DNA of 64,000 nucleotides from a virus. Taxonomy: Duplodnaviria; Caudoviricetes. The DNA lies in IMG/VR virus record IMGVR_UViG_3300049201_000008, positions 16,024 through 80,023 of that record. One strand, given 5' to 3'. Positions 25,130-33,734 of this stretch are shown here, piece by piece. A program made the position numbers and the translations under genes. The stretch's first letter is position 1, and the number at the start of each line of letters is the position of its first letter. The notes below the pieces were generated by a model. The model was not told the DNA's origin and did no database searches. It saw nothing but the letters and a program-made list of their open reading frames with translations.

Positions 25130-25283
25130 TCTGGGCAGCAAGCTCAAGAATATCCGTGAGCAGAACAGCTTTTCGCAACGCGAGGTGGCCGATCATTTAG
25201 GCGTCACTGTCCAAGCCGTTTCACAATGGGAAGCCGGGAAGTCGGCTCGGCTTTATGGATTTGTGTGGGCGCACATGGCTTGA
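25122..25283 (+). CDS. short XRE HTH protein (53 aa)
   Basis: Read manually: LKNIREQNSFSQREVADHLGVTVQAVSQWEAG. Confidence 0.65.
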   Translation: MADLGSKLKNIREQNSFSQREVADHLGVTVQAVSQWEAGKSARLYGFVWAHMA

Positions 25284-25614
25284 TGACGCCTCTGAAAATC
25301 AGGAGCGCAAACTTGCCCGTGAGCACGATAAGTTCCTGTTGCGCTTTCCAGACGGTGCCAGAGACGCGATAGCCGCCTCCGCGAAGGCTAACCGGCGATC
25401 CATGAACGCCGAAATCAACGCCCGTCTGTTCGGTGCGGTCGACACGGAAAGCCCTCGCGACAAGATCGCAATAGCTGCGCTTACCGGACTTCTCTCCTGT
25501 CAAAACCACGACGGTTCCGACTTCCTTCATGATCTTGGGCCGGGCGCTGCGGCCATGTGGGCATATCGGTTCGCCGACGCCATGCTTGCCGCCCGGAAAG
25601 GCGGTGCGTCATGA
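25255..25614 (+). CDS. Arc-like ribbon-helix-helix protein
   Basis: DKFLLRFPDGARDAIAASAKANRRSMNAEINARL. Confidence 0.8.
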   Translation: MDLCGRTWLDDASENQERKLAREHDKFLLRFPDGARDAIAASAKANRRSMNAEINARLFGAVDTESPRDKIAIAALTGLLSCQNHDGSDFLHDLGPGAAAMWAYRFADAMLAARKGGAS

Positions 25615-25793
25615 GCAGGAACTCCAAGCCGTCCACAATCACGGTTCGCCTAACGCAAGAGCAGCGGGATCGCCTTGACGCCGCCGCCACGATCGGCCCG
25701 TACCGGGTGAATCTGACGGAAATCATCGCGCGCGGGATTGAACTCGCAGCGCAAGAGCTTGAACAAATGGCCGCTCGGAAAGGTGGTGCGTGA
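25611..25793 (+). CDS. CopG/RHH-like small DNA-binding protein
   Basis: TITVRLTQEQRDRLDAAA...TEIIARGIE. Confidence 0.65.
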   Translation: MSRNSKPSTITVRLTQEQRDRLDAAATIGPYRVNLTEIIARGIELAAQELEQMAARKGGA

Positions 25794-26203
25794 TGGCAAA
25801 GCAAGAAAAAGCCAAGGGTAGTGCCGCCAGTCGTTTCCGCGACGAACTTGTGAAAATCATGCCCGGCTATTCGTGGACGGTGCACGAGTCCTCGACTGAT
25901 GCACATCTTAAGGCCACAGGCACACAGAGTAGCGGCTTCAACCGGCTCTCCACTCTATCCGTCATCCGCACTGAACGTGATGGCGAAGTGGAATACGAAT
26001 CCAAGTCTGCCGGCTATGGACTGCGTGCCAAGTGGCTGCACCGAAGCACTGACAGTACGCTGGCAAGGTCTCTTCGCGGGCTGCAGGACCATTACGAATA
26101 CGCCGCAAACACGTATCGCGGGCACGCTGCTTCCCTCCAAGCTGGCAGGCAGTCAGTCGCGACGATCAAGCAGAACATCGATCAGATCGGCGGTGCGTCA
26201 TGA
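25790..26203 (+). CDS. hypothetical protein
   Basis: 137 aa, coupled. Confidence 0.65.
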   Translation: MMAKQEKAKGSAASRFRDELVKIMPGYSWTVHESSTDAHLKATGTQSSGFNRLSTLSVIRTERDGEVEYESKSAGYGLRAKWLHRSTDSTLARSLRGLQDHYEYAANTYRGHAASLQAGRQSVATIKQNIDQIGGAS

Positions 26204-26400
26204 GCCCCAACGAAATCGACGCCCTCCGCAATCTCATAGCCAAGGCCAGAGCCGAACTGCGCAAGAAGCGCAGACGCGCGCCTATCCTAGCCACCACCGA
26301 GCGCCTTCGCGCCGAGATACGGCTTGAGCAAAGCCTGAAACGGGATGCTGTGCTGATGCGGGAGTTAGCCGGCTCGCTGGAGGGGCTTTGCTATGCTTGA
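26200..26400 (+). CDS. hypothetical protein
   Basis: 66 aa, coupled. Confidence 0.55.
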   Translation: MSPNEIDALRNLIAKARAELRKKRRRAPILATTERLRAEIRLEQSLKRDAVLMRELAGSLEGLCYA

Positions 26401-26947
26401 TCTTCTAGGCGATGCACCGCGCTCTAGCGCTACGTTCATAGGCCGAAACCGCATCGAACTATATCGCGAGTGGGGCTCCGGCCCTACGGCGTGCGTCATA
26501 GGCTGCAATCCGTCCACAGCCGACGGCCAGAAGGACGACGCAACGTCACGATGGTGGCGGCAATGGTTTGAGCGCGCCGGCTTTGGCCGGTACCGCGCAG
26601 TCAACCTCTATCCTTTCTGCACGTCCAGTCCGAAGGAATGCAAGCGCATTGTCGAGACGATCGACTGCGGTGCTTGGGATATTCGTGACGATCTCCATTT
26701 CGTCAACCTTCCCCATGTCGTCGCCAAGGCAAAGGCTGCGGACAAGGTATTCGTTTGCTGGGGCAATATCGCATGGGATGACGAGTGGATTGAGCACGTC
26801 GTGGAGCAAATCCAGTCCGGCGAAGCACCCTATCCCGATCTTTGGTGCTGGGGGAAAACGAACTCTGGTGCGCCAAAGCATCCTATGGCCCGCGGAAAGC
26901 ACCGCATTCCTGTCGATCAGCCGGCGATTTTGTGGAGGGCTGCGTGA
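26393..26947 (+). CDS. DUF1643-family protein
   Basis: IGCNPSTADG..DDAT, VNLYPF, VCWG, PKHP. Confidence 0.85.
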   Translation: MLDLLGDAPRSSATFIGRNRIELYREWGSGPTACVIGCNPSTADGQKDDATSRWWRQWFERAGFGRYRAVNLYPFCTSSPKECKRIVETIDCGAWDIRDDLHFVNLPHVVAKAKAADKVFVCWGNIAWDDEWIEHVVEQIQSGEAPYPDLWCWGKTNSGAPKHPMARGKHRIPVDQPAILWRAA

Positions 26948-27342
26948 TGGCAGGTTTTGCAATCCGCCGTCCAGCAACGGCATTCTCCCAAGACCCGTCC
27001 GACAAGGGACAGCGCCGGATCAAGGACGACGCGCACCTCGCTTTCATCCGCTCCCTGCCGAGTGTCCTGTCTGGCGCCTTCGGCTGCGAAGCCTGTCACA
27101 TCCGCTACGGCGATCCGACGTACCGGAAAAAGCACACGGGCAAAGCGCAAAAGCCAGATGACGCGTGGGTACTTCCCCTCACACCCGCTGAGCACCGTGA
27201 TCAGCATGACGGCAACGAACGGGAATGGTGGATGTCCAAGGGCATCGATCCCATGCCGATCGCGCTGGAGCTTTACGCCAACAGCGGCAATCGAGAGGCG
27301 GCGCTTGCCATCCTAGCCAGAAAATCGAGGAAGCAGCCATGA
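26947..27342 (+). CDS. DUF968-like (HNH-related) protein
   Basis: HLAFIRSLP...EACHIR...KPDDAWVLPL...HRDQH. Confidence 0.75.
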   Translation: MAGFAIRRPATAFSQDPSDKGQRRIKDDAHLAFIRSLPSVLSGAFGCEACHIRYGDPTYRKKHTGKAQKPDDAWVLPLTPAEHRDQHDGNEREWWMSKGIDPMPIALELYANSGNREAALAILARKSRKQP

Positions 27343-27905
27343 AGATTTCCACGCTCATCCGCCTCTTGGAAAAATGCGAAGGGCCTGACAGCAACCTTGA
27401 CGCTGAAATCGCCGTCCAGTTGGACATTCGGCCTCAGTGGTTAACTGGAGCCGTTGGCGAACTCTGGTTCTGCAAGGAAGAGCATGCCGTCCTTTGGAGA
27501 GACGAACGCATGCGTCGAGGCAGGGGCAACCCAACGGCCTGGAACACGCTATATTCCGGCGAAAACAAAATCCCATCCTTCACGGGCTCGGTAGACGTCG
27601 CCATTGCGCTCTGCGAGCGAGTATTGCCCGGATGGGGCTACTGTCTCGGAACCTGCTGGGTTTCGGACGATGCTAGGGTTTTCCCCGACTACAACAGCCC
27701 TACCCACGGCCAGCAGTTAAAGGAACGATTTGCGGTAAAGGTCGGCGCAGAGCCAGAGAAGTGGGCAGAGGAAGTCGAGTGGGTGGATTTCACTGACATA
27801 GCATTGTCGCCGCCGCGCGGACTGGCGATTGCACTTTGCCTGTCGATACTGATCGCCGTCCGGAAGATTGAAGAACTGGAGGCTATCAGTGTCCCTGCCG
27901 TATGA
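27339..27905 (+). CDS. hypothetical phage protein
   Basis: EGPDSNLDAEIA...FTGSVDVAIAL.ERVLPGW. Confidence 0.7.
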   Translation: MKISTLIRLLEKCEGPDSNLDAEIAVQLDIRPQWLTGAVGELWFCKEEHAVLWRDERMRRGRGNPTAWNTLYSGENKIPSFTGSVDVAIALCERVLPGWGYCLGTCWVSDDARVFPDYNSPTHGQQLKERFAVKVGAEPEKWAEEVEWVDFTDIALSPPRGLAIALCLSILIAVRKIEELEAISVPAV

Positions 27906-28335
27906 GCGAGCCACCAGCGGGAAGGCCGCCCTTGGGGATATCCAGAAAATCCTCAAGGAGTTCGGCGCGAAGTCGTTCGGCTCCATGGAAGATTTCGAGA
28001 CTGGTGATCTGCTCATCCAGTTCGAATGGCGAGAGCGAAAGGTATCGCTCAAGGCGAGCGCTAAAGGCTATGCGGCGGCATATTTGAAACACCATCCGTG
28101 GTCATCGCGCATGCGATCCACCCGCGTCGACTATGAGCGCAAGGCTTTGGACCAGGGAATGATCGCCGTCTATTCGATCCTGCGGGATTGGATCAAGGGG
28201 CAGATCACCGCAGTGGAGACGGGGATTCTCTCGTTCGAAGGTGCGTTCCTTGGCCAGATTTTGCTCGCCAGCGGCCGAACGGTCCTTGAGGAAGCCGAAG
28301 ATACCATTCTCAAATTGGGAGGGCCGAAGCCGTGA
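27889..28335 (+). CDS. hypothetical conserved phage protein
   Basis: GGAGG SD + GTG; SILRDWIKGQITAVETG...FLGQI. Confidence 0.7.
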   Translation: MSLPYERATSGKAALGDIQKILKEFGAKSFGSMEDFETGDLLIQFEWRERKVSLKASAKGYAAAYLKHHPWSSRMRSTRVDYERKALDQGMIAVYSILRDWIKGQITAVETGILSFEGAFLGQILLASGRTVLEEAEDTILKLGGPKP

Positions 28336-28472
28336 GCATGCGCGCCATCCACAAGCGCCGCAAGCGGCATCAACAAAAGCAGGCCCTGAAGTTCGGCCCG
28401 AAGGCGAAACCTCGCCACACCCTTAAATCTGGGCGAACAGGCAACGTTCACGACAGGAAGATGAAGCCATGA
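28332..28472 (+). CDS. small basic protein (46 aa)
   Basis: Read manually: MSMRAIHKRRKRHQQKQALKFGPKAKPRH...; fills the gap with GTGA/ATGA coupling. Confidence 0.45.
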   Translation: MSMRAIHKRRKRHQQKQALKFGPKAKPRHTLKSGRTGNVHDRKMKP

Positions 28473-28732
28473 GAGAACGCCAGCCCATCAACTGGCTACC
28501 ACTTACCGACGACGAATTCGTCAAGACGGCGGAAACCCAGATTTGGCTGTCTGCCTTTGCCAACAACAACCCGCGCGCCCCTGCTCATAAGGAAACCGAC
28601 GCTGCCTTTGCAGAAGCAAGGCGCCGGGAGAAGCCATGGCTCTATCAGCGAGCATGGAACAAAGCCTATCTGTCGTGTGGGCATCAGCCGAGCGATGCAG
28701 AGATTGAGGCAGCAAGGGAGCCGACGTCATGA
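28469..28732 (+). CDS. hypothetical protein
   Basis: 87 aa, coupled. Confidence 0.65.
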   Translation: MRERQPINWLPLTDDEFVKTAETQIWLSAFANNNPRAPAHKETDAAFAEARRREKPWLYQRAWNKAYLSCGHQPSDAEIEAAREPTS

Positions 28733-29286
28733 CCAGCGACCTCCCCCACCGCCTCCGCATCGCATGCTCGTCAGAGAGCCCGTTGGGAAGGCTTTGCTCT
28801 GAGGCGGCGGATGCACTGGAAGCTGCAAGAGACGACAATCTTCGTCTCGCAGGCCAACTGCTTCGCTATAAATCGGATCGTCAATACATCCTTGGCTTCA
28901 ATGATGGATGGGAAGCCGCCGGTGAGGCGCCCGCAGCCCCTCATGGGGCAGAGGTAGCCGTCGATATCGCCAACGCCCCCGCCTTCAAACCATCCATCAT
29001 TGAATACCCAGATGCAGGCCATACCGAAATGCTGCTGGAGGATTGCCCCACAATCGTCGGGCAGGAAATGACGGTGCGGCCACTGAAGCGGATGAGCGAC
29101 GATCCTGACAAGCGGGACATCGTCGGTTTCCAGTGGGATTCGCCGTACTCAAAGCTGGATGAGCCGCAACATGCCGACAATTTGCGCCACGGCCTCCAGA
29201 ACGTCGCCGATAGCCTGAAATCCAGGCCGCCAGAATTGCGCGGGCCGTTTGTGAGCAGCGCGACGAAGCGAGGTGACGAGCAATGA
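28729..29286 (+). CDS. hypothetical protein
   Basis: 185 aa, coupled. Confidence 0.65.
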   Translation: MTSDLPHRLRIACSSESPLGRLCSEAADALEAARDDNLRLAGQLLRYKSDRQYILGFNDGWEAAGEAPAAPHGAEVAVDIANAPAFKPSIIEYPDAGHTEMLLEDCPTIVGQEMTVRPLKRMSDDPDKRDIVGFQWDSPYSKLDEPQHADNLRHGLQNVADSLKSRPPELRGPFVSSATKRGDEQ

Positions 29287-29486
29287 ACCTTCCCAGCGTC
29301 ACCGTCATCACTCTGGAAATAGACGGACGGAAGCACACCTTCGCCGCCCCTATCGGCGATCGCGATCCTATGGAAGTCACCTTGGGTGAATGGATGGCGT
29401 GTCCGCTCCTGTCGGCGGACGCTATGGTGGATCAGCTTTTCAGAGAGCATCGCGATGCTCGCCAGTCGAACGGAGATCAGCCATGA
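29283..29486 (+). CDS. hypothetical protein
   Basis: 67 aa, coupled. Confidence 0.55.
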   Translation: MNLPSVTVITLEIDGRKHTFAAPIGDRDPMEVTLGEWMACPLLSADAMVDQLFREHRDARQSNGDQP

Positions 29487-29791
29487 GCGAGACGGATATC
29501 GTGGAACGGCTGCGCAAAGCTGCAAGTGACTTCGAAGCGATGCGCGTCCACTCCGCCAACATGGAAGATAGCGATTGCGAGCCGCATTGGTCCGATCAGT
29601 TGGAGATGGACGACGCCAGCAAGGCAGCCTTTGAAGCCGCCGATCTCATCGCCAGCCTCCGCCAAGAGCGAGACGCCATCAGGGAGGCAACGATTAACGA
29701 AGCCATGGCATTGACGGAACGGCTCTGGCCGGAAGCGGACGATCTGCTTGATGAATTCCGAGCCCTATCGACTGCAGAGGTGAAGCCGTGA
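29483..29791 (+). CDS. hypothetical protein
   Basis: MSETDIVERLR...EAADLIASLRQE. Confidence 0.65.
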   Translation: MSETDIVERLRKAASDFEAMRVHSANMEDSDCEPHWSDQLEMDDASKAAFEAADLIASLRQERDAIREATINEAMALTERLWPEADDLLDEFRALSTAEVKP

Positions 29792-29982
29792 CCGAACTCG
29801 TCTCCGAGCTAAAAATCGCCGCTCGCGAACTCCTCGACTCCGTCTCCTTTGACGAGAACGGCGAACTCATCGGCGGCAAATGGATGGGCGGTCACGGTGG
29901 CCTGATATCCCAGAAGACGCACCAAAAGGCCGACACGTTGCGGCGGGTGCTCAGCAGGTTCGAGGAAGGGCAGAAGCCATGA
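29788..29982 (+). CDS. hypothetical protein
   Basis: 64 aa, coupled. Confidence 0.55.
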   Translation: MTELVSELKIAARELLDSVSFDENGELIGGKWMGGHGGLISQKTHQKADTLRRVLSRFEEGQKP

Positions 29983-30209
29983 GCTACGCCTACGATCCCA
30001 CCTCACCCATTCACAAGCTCTGGCAGGACGACAAAGGCCATGTCCGCGTTATCTGCGAGCCCGCCCAAGGCTATGTGATGGCGAGGCGGCCTGGTGCCAT
30101 GCCGTTCGTCATCAGCGTCTCCGATCTCCTGTCAGGCAAGCGATACCAGCCGGTTATCAGGCCCAAAGCGAAGTCGGTTCGGGATGCATTGGAAGGAGCG
30201 AAATCATGA
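29979..30209 (+). CDS. hypothetical protein
   Basis: GYVMARRPGAMPFV. Confidence 0.6.
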   Translation: MSYAYDPTSPIHKLWQDDKGHVRVICEPAQGYVMARRPGAMPFVISVSDLLSGKRYQPVIRPKAKSVRDALEGAKS

Positions 30210-30436
30210 ACCTTGGCAAACGGGAGCGAGAAATTTTAGTGCGCCTACGTGATGCGGAGAACTCCACATCATCAGCATTTCTGCTGCGCTGCACCCCAGC
30301 CGCGCTTTGGGACTTAGAGTTCAAGAAGTTGGTGAAGCCTATTGGCGGGGCCGGTAGCGCAGCTTTCCCGCGTCATCGGGACTGGCAGATCACCGACGCC
30401 GGCCGGGATGCAATCAGGGAGGCGGAATCCAAATGA
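30206..30436 (+). CDS. hypothetical protein (possible winged helix)
   Basis: 76 aa, WQITDAGR. Confidence 0.55.
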   Translation: MNLGKREREILVRLRDAENSTSSAFLLRCTPAALWDLEFKKLVKPIGGAGSAAFPRHRDWQITDAGRDAIREAESK

Positions 30437-30774
30437 CAGAAACCCTCCCCGCAGTCAAAACCATCTTCACCGACGATCTAATCCGCCGCATTGCCATGGA
30501 TATCGGCAAGGAGGTGGTTGCGCATATCGAGCACGCATACCCTGACATGTTCAGGGCGGTTGCCGCCAATTCGGCAAAACTCTCAATCCGCAACGCCACT
30601 TATAGCGCAGTCTATGCAGCCGTCAGGGCCGCAGACGAAGGGCGGATTGAGGAAGCCCTGAAAGCTCACGATGAGCACCGTCGCAAGATGCGCAGGCTTC
30701 GGAAGGCCAGCAATGTGGCCGACGTGGTGCGCGACACTGCAAGCGGCAGGGAGCGGGACGGAGGTGGAGGATGA
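30433..30774 (+). CDS. hypothetical protein
   Basis: 113 aa, coupled. Confidence 0.65.
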   Translation: MTETLPAVKTIFTDDLIRRIAMDIGKEVVAHIEHAYPDMFRAVAANSAKLSIRNATYSAVYAAVRAADEGRIEEALKAHDEHRRKMRRLRKASNVADVVRDTASGRERDGGGG

Positions 30775-31256
30775 CGGCGCCTGCAGCTATTCGCCAGTCG
30801 GAAATCAAACGTGTCTCATATGCGCAGCGGGTACGCTTTGAAAGCGATTCCGATGGTGAGGTTGGATACGTCTATTTTATCCGGCCTGCCAACGAACCAT
30901 TTTTCAAGATCGGTTGGGCTAAGGACTTCAACAAGCGTCTGAACGAACTTCAAGTCGGCAACCATTGCCCTCTATCTGTTTGCTTCGCTGCCCGGACGTT
31001 CGCCAAGTCCGAAAAGCTGATCCATGCCGCCTTTAAGCCTTTGAGGACGAACGGCGAATGGTTTCAATCTCATGGCGCAATCTTTGAACTAATGGATGAA
31101 CTCGAATGCGCAGCGCTTGTGGCGCTCATTCATGCGCATCAGGATTTGCCCCAGCCAATCAAATACACCGACCTCGAAGACATTCCGCTACCTCCATTGC
31201 TTGTCCTTGGCATTCTGGACGAATTGGAGGATGTGGATAGCGGGGAGAAACCCTGA
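30771..31256 (+). CDS. GIY-YIG (T5orf172/MUG113-type) domain protein
   Basis: GYVYFIR...FKIGWA...RLNELQVG...EKLIH...GEWF. Confidence 0.85.
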   Translation: MTAPAAIRQSEIKRVSYAQRVRFESDSDGEVGYVYFIRPANEPFFKIGWAKDFNKRLNELQVGNHCPLSVCFAARTFAKSEKLIHAAFKPLRTNGEWFQSHGAIFELMDELECAALVALIHAHQDLPQPIKYTDLEDIPLPPLLVLGILDELEDVDSGEKP

Positions 31257-31588
31257 TGGATAATGTTTTTACCCCCGCCACGCTGGCGGAACGCTGGGAT
31301 TGCTCCGAACGTCACGTCCGCAATCTCATCAACAAAGGAAAGCTTGGATGCTTCAAGCTCGGTGGTAAACTGGTGCGCATCCGGCAAAGCGACGTGGAGA
31401 AATTCGAATGTCAGAGTGGCGGGTTACCAGACTTAACGGAGAATTCTGCCTCACCTGGGACGAAACCAGTCCTGACGGACATCCGGTCCGAAGGCGCTAT
31501 CGTCTTGGAACTTCCGACGCGCGAGAGGCGCAAGCCCGTGCCGCGGCTCGATATTCGGAAATCACCAGGCCAGCCGGAAAAACCGTAA
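31256..31588 (+). CDS. xis: excisionase-like HTH protein
   Basis: FTPATLAERWDCSERHVRNLINKGKL..FKLG..VRI; overlaps the int start. Confidence 0.8.
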   Translation: MDNVFTPATLAERWDCSERHVRNLINKGKLGCFKLGGKLVRIRQSDVEKFECQSGGLPDLTENSASPGTKPVLTDIRSEGAIVLELPTRERRKPVPRLDIRKSPGQPEKP

Positions 31589-32415
31589 AGGCACTTTGGG
31601 ACGGCTATTGCAAGGACAAGGCCGGGCAATCCGTCATCACCACCATGGGATATACGTGGAAGGCATTGGAGCCTGTCTTCGGCCATCTGGACGGCGATGC
31701 GATCACATTGGAGGATTGCCGCAGCTACACAAAGATGCGCCGCGCCGCCAAGAAATCGGACGGTTCGATCTGGACGGAACTTGGCCACCTTCGTTCTGTG
31801 CTCGTATGGGCGAAGAATAACAAGATCATCGCCGAGGCACCGAAAATCGAACGCCCGACGAAGCCCGAGCCGAAGGATAGATATCTGACACGGGAGGAAA
31901 TTGCCCGCCTCATGGATCATGCGAAAGTCCCGCATATCCGCTTGGCCATCCTTTTGCTGATATCCACGGGCGCGAGATCGGCCGCAGCTCTCGAACTGAC
32001 TTGGGATCGCGTCGACTTCGAAAGGGGAATTATCCAACTCCGGAATCGCTTTGACGGCAGTCGCCGGAAGGGGCGCGCGACAGTTCCGATGAATGACGGT
32101 TTGCGCGCCGAATTGGAAATAGCCAAGAAAGCCGCCTTGACGAACTATGTCATCGAATGGGCTGGCGACAAGGTGAAGTCGATCAGAAAGGGAATTGAAT
32201 CAGCCGCGAAAGCCGCGGGCCTTGACGAGGTGTCACCTCACGTCTTCCGGCATAGCGCTGCTGTCTGGCTTGTCGAAGACGGGCATTCGTTTGAGGAGGT
32301 GGCGCAATATCTGGGCCACAACGACGTGAAAATCACCTTCAAAGTGTACGGAAGATTTTCTCCGACGCATCTTCGGAGCCTTGCAAACACCTTGGAAATC
32401 AAACGCGGCGCATAG
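31408..32415 (+). CDS. int: tyrosine integrase
   Basis: STGAR, HVFRH, YLGH, VYGRF catalytic motifs; adjacent att site. Confidence 0.95.
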   Translation: MSEWRVTRLNGEFCLTWDETSPDGHPVRRRYRLGTSDAREAQARAAARYSEITRPAGKTVKALWDGYCKDKAGQSVITTMGYTWKALEPVFGHLDGDAITLEDCRSYTKMRRAAKKSDGSIWTELGHLRSVLVWAKNNKIIAEAPKIERPTKPEPKDRYLTREEIARLMDHAKVPHIRLAILLLISTGARSAAALELTWDRVDFERGIIQLRNRFDGSRRKGRATVPMNDGLRAELEIAKKAALTNYVIEWAGDKVKSIRKGIESAAKAAGLDEVSPHVFRHSAAVWLVEDGHSFEEVAQYLGHNDVKITFKVYGRFSPTHLRSLANTLEIKRGA

Positions 32416-32440
32416 GCCAAAGTTTGGAAGAACCTGTGGA

Positions 32441-32671
32441 GCACTTCGTAAAATTATGGTAGAAATCGCTGAAAGTACTGGAAATCTCGGGATTAGCTGG
32501 TGGGCGATGACGGACTCGAACCGCCGACATCTTCGGTGTAAACGAAGCGTCGTTCACGGAATGCGGTGGAACTGCGGGAAACGCACCCTTCGTATTCGGC
32601 CATTTCAGGCATTATGTGCTTCCTATGTTCCGTTTTCCAGGTTCAGCGAACCGGAGCGCACTTCGTAAAAT
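32441..32671 (+). repeat. 14-bp direct repeat flanking the att core (candidate Int/Xis binding sites)
   Basis: GCACTTCGTAAAAT at 32441-32454 and 32658-32671. Confidence 0.7.
32498..32549 (-). other. attP core: 3' half of tRNA-Val(TAC)
   Basis: Minus strand CTTCG-TTTACAC-CGAAG-ATGTC-GGCGG-TTCGAGT-CCGTC-ATCGCCC-ACCA (anticodon arm, T arm, acceptor 3' strand, CCA); no 5' half. Confidence 0.9.
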
Positions 32672-32782
32672 GGAAACCATCACCACCGCAGCAATCCGTG
32701 TCGGCGGCATCGTGTTCTTCGCCCCGCGCCCTGCCCGTCACCATGATGTGCTGTGGTTGATGGGACGGGGCTTTGGTCGAAC
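32670..32782 (+). pseudogene. N-terminal fragment of a phage gene
   Basis: METITTAAIRVGGIVFFAPRPARHHDVLWLM, then the frame runs into the antisense of the next gene. Confidence 0.4.
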
Positions 32783-33259
32783 TCACTCGCCCTGCGTCTT
32801 TTTGGTCTTCTCACGTCGCTTCAGTTCCCGTTCGATCGCGGCGCGTATCAGGTCGAGCCGAACCTCGTCAGGCTCTAGGACTGAATCGATCCTCTCCGTC
32901 GTGCCTTCGGCCAACGGTAGTTGGATACGCTCGGTCCATTGCTTCTTTCGCCCCACTACTCGCTTGGCCTGTTCGCCACCCCCTGACAGATTTGCAGCCG
33001 TGTCTACTGCATCTCTTGCCTGCTGCAAAGTCACATCAAACCATTCTCCCTGACGCATGAAATCCTTCAGAAGGAAATGAGCATGCCCCTCAACATTCGA
33101 AGCTATGGCGATAGGAACGTCGCGCGAGTAGAGAACTTTGAGTTTGCGAAGCCCAGCCCGCGCGAGTGCGGAGCATCGTTTGCTAGGTGTGGCCGAGATG
33201 CCAACCTTCTTCACTCCTGCCGCCGCTCTGTTGCCAATCACATAAATCATCGTGCGCAT
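32783..33259 (-). CDS. GIY-YIG (T5orf172-type) + C-terminal RHH-like fusion
   Basis: IYVIG..KKVGIS...EGHAH...GEWF; then ERIQLPLAEGTTERIDSVL...DLIRAAIERE. Confidence 0.75.
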   Translation of the reverse strand: MRTMIYVIGNRAAAGVKKVGISATPSKRCSALARAGLRKLKVLYSRDVPIAIASNVEGHAHFLLKDFMRQGEWFDVTLQQARDAVDTAANLSGGGEQAKRVVGRKKQWTERIQLPLAEGTTERIDSVLEPDEVRLDLIRAAIERELKRREKTKKTQGE

Positions 33260-33284
33260 AATCAGGCTTCTCCAGTTTTTTCAC

Positions 33285-33341
33285 ATACACGATTGACGTA
33301 GTATCATATACACGTTATATCGTCAATCAGATACACGATTG
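33285..33341 (+). promoter_or_regulatory. sigma70 promoter with three phased direct repeats
   Basis: TTGACG(33293)-17 nt-TATATC(33316); ATACACG at 33285, 33308, 33331. Confidence 0.75.
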
Positions 33342-33352
33342 GAGGTAACAAA

Positions 33353-33730
33353 ATGGACTTTCATTACACGGTAAAAGGCGGATGGCCTTTCCCGCTCGAC
33401 ATGCTACGGCGCGATATGGCCGTTGCGGCAACGCCTGAAGACCAGGCTGAGATCGATCGGCTCTCCGCCCCGTATGCGCCTGACAGGGATGCCATTCGGA
33501 TCGATAGGACGATCAATCTGATAATCCAGGACGCGGGCCGCTGGAGGCCAAACACCGCCCGCTGGAGAAGCTTCGGATGGGACGTTCCCGACGATGAAGA
33601 ATTCAAAATGCTCTCTGAGGATCGCGCTCGACGCGCCAGGATGGAAACCCTTCGTCGATCGGCAATGGCCAAGCTGACGGCAGAGGAGAGAGAGGCGCTT
33701 GAGTGGTTCAGACCAGAGTTCCAGGGGTGA
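33353..33730 (+). CDS. hypothetical phage protein
   Basis: GGAGG SD; YTVKGGWPFPLDMLRRD. Confidence 0.75.
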   Translation: MDFHYTVKGGWPFPLDMLRRDMAVAATPEDQAEIDRLSAPYAPDRDAIRIDRTINLIIQDAGRWRPNTARWRSFGWDVPDDEEFKMLSEDRARRARMETLRRSAMAKLTAEEREALEWFRPEFQG

Positions 33731-33734
33731 GGCG

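Noticed and set aside
26947-27342. Loss of Zn-binding Cys residues in the DUF968-like protein as a novelty
   Set aside because: Cannot judge without an alignment whether this is unusual within the family.
32498-32549. Complete tRNA-Val gene
   Set aside because: Only the anticodon arm to CCA is present; upstream sequence cannot form the D arm or 5' acceptor strand. Called as an att core instead.
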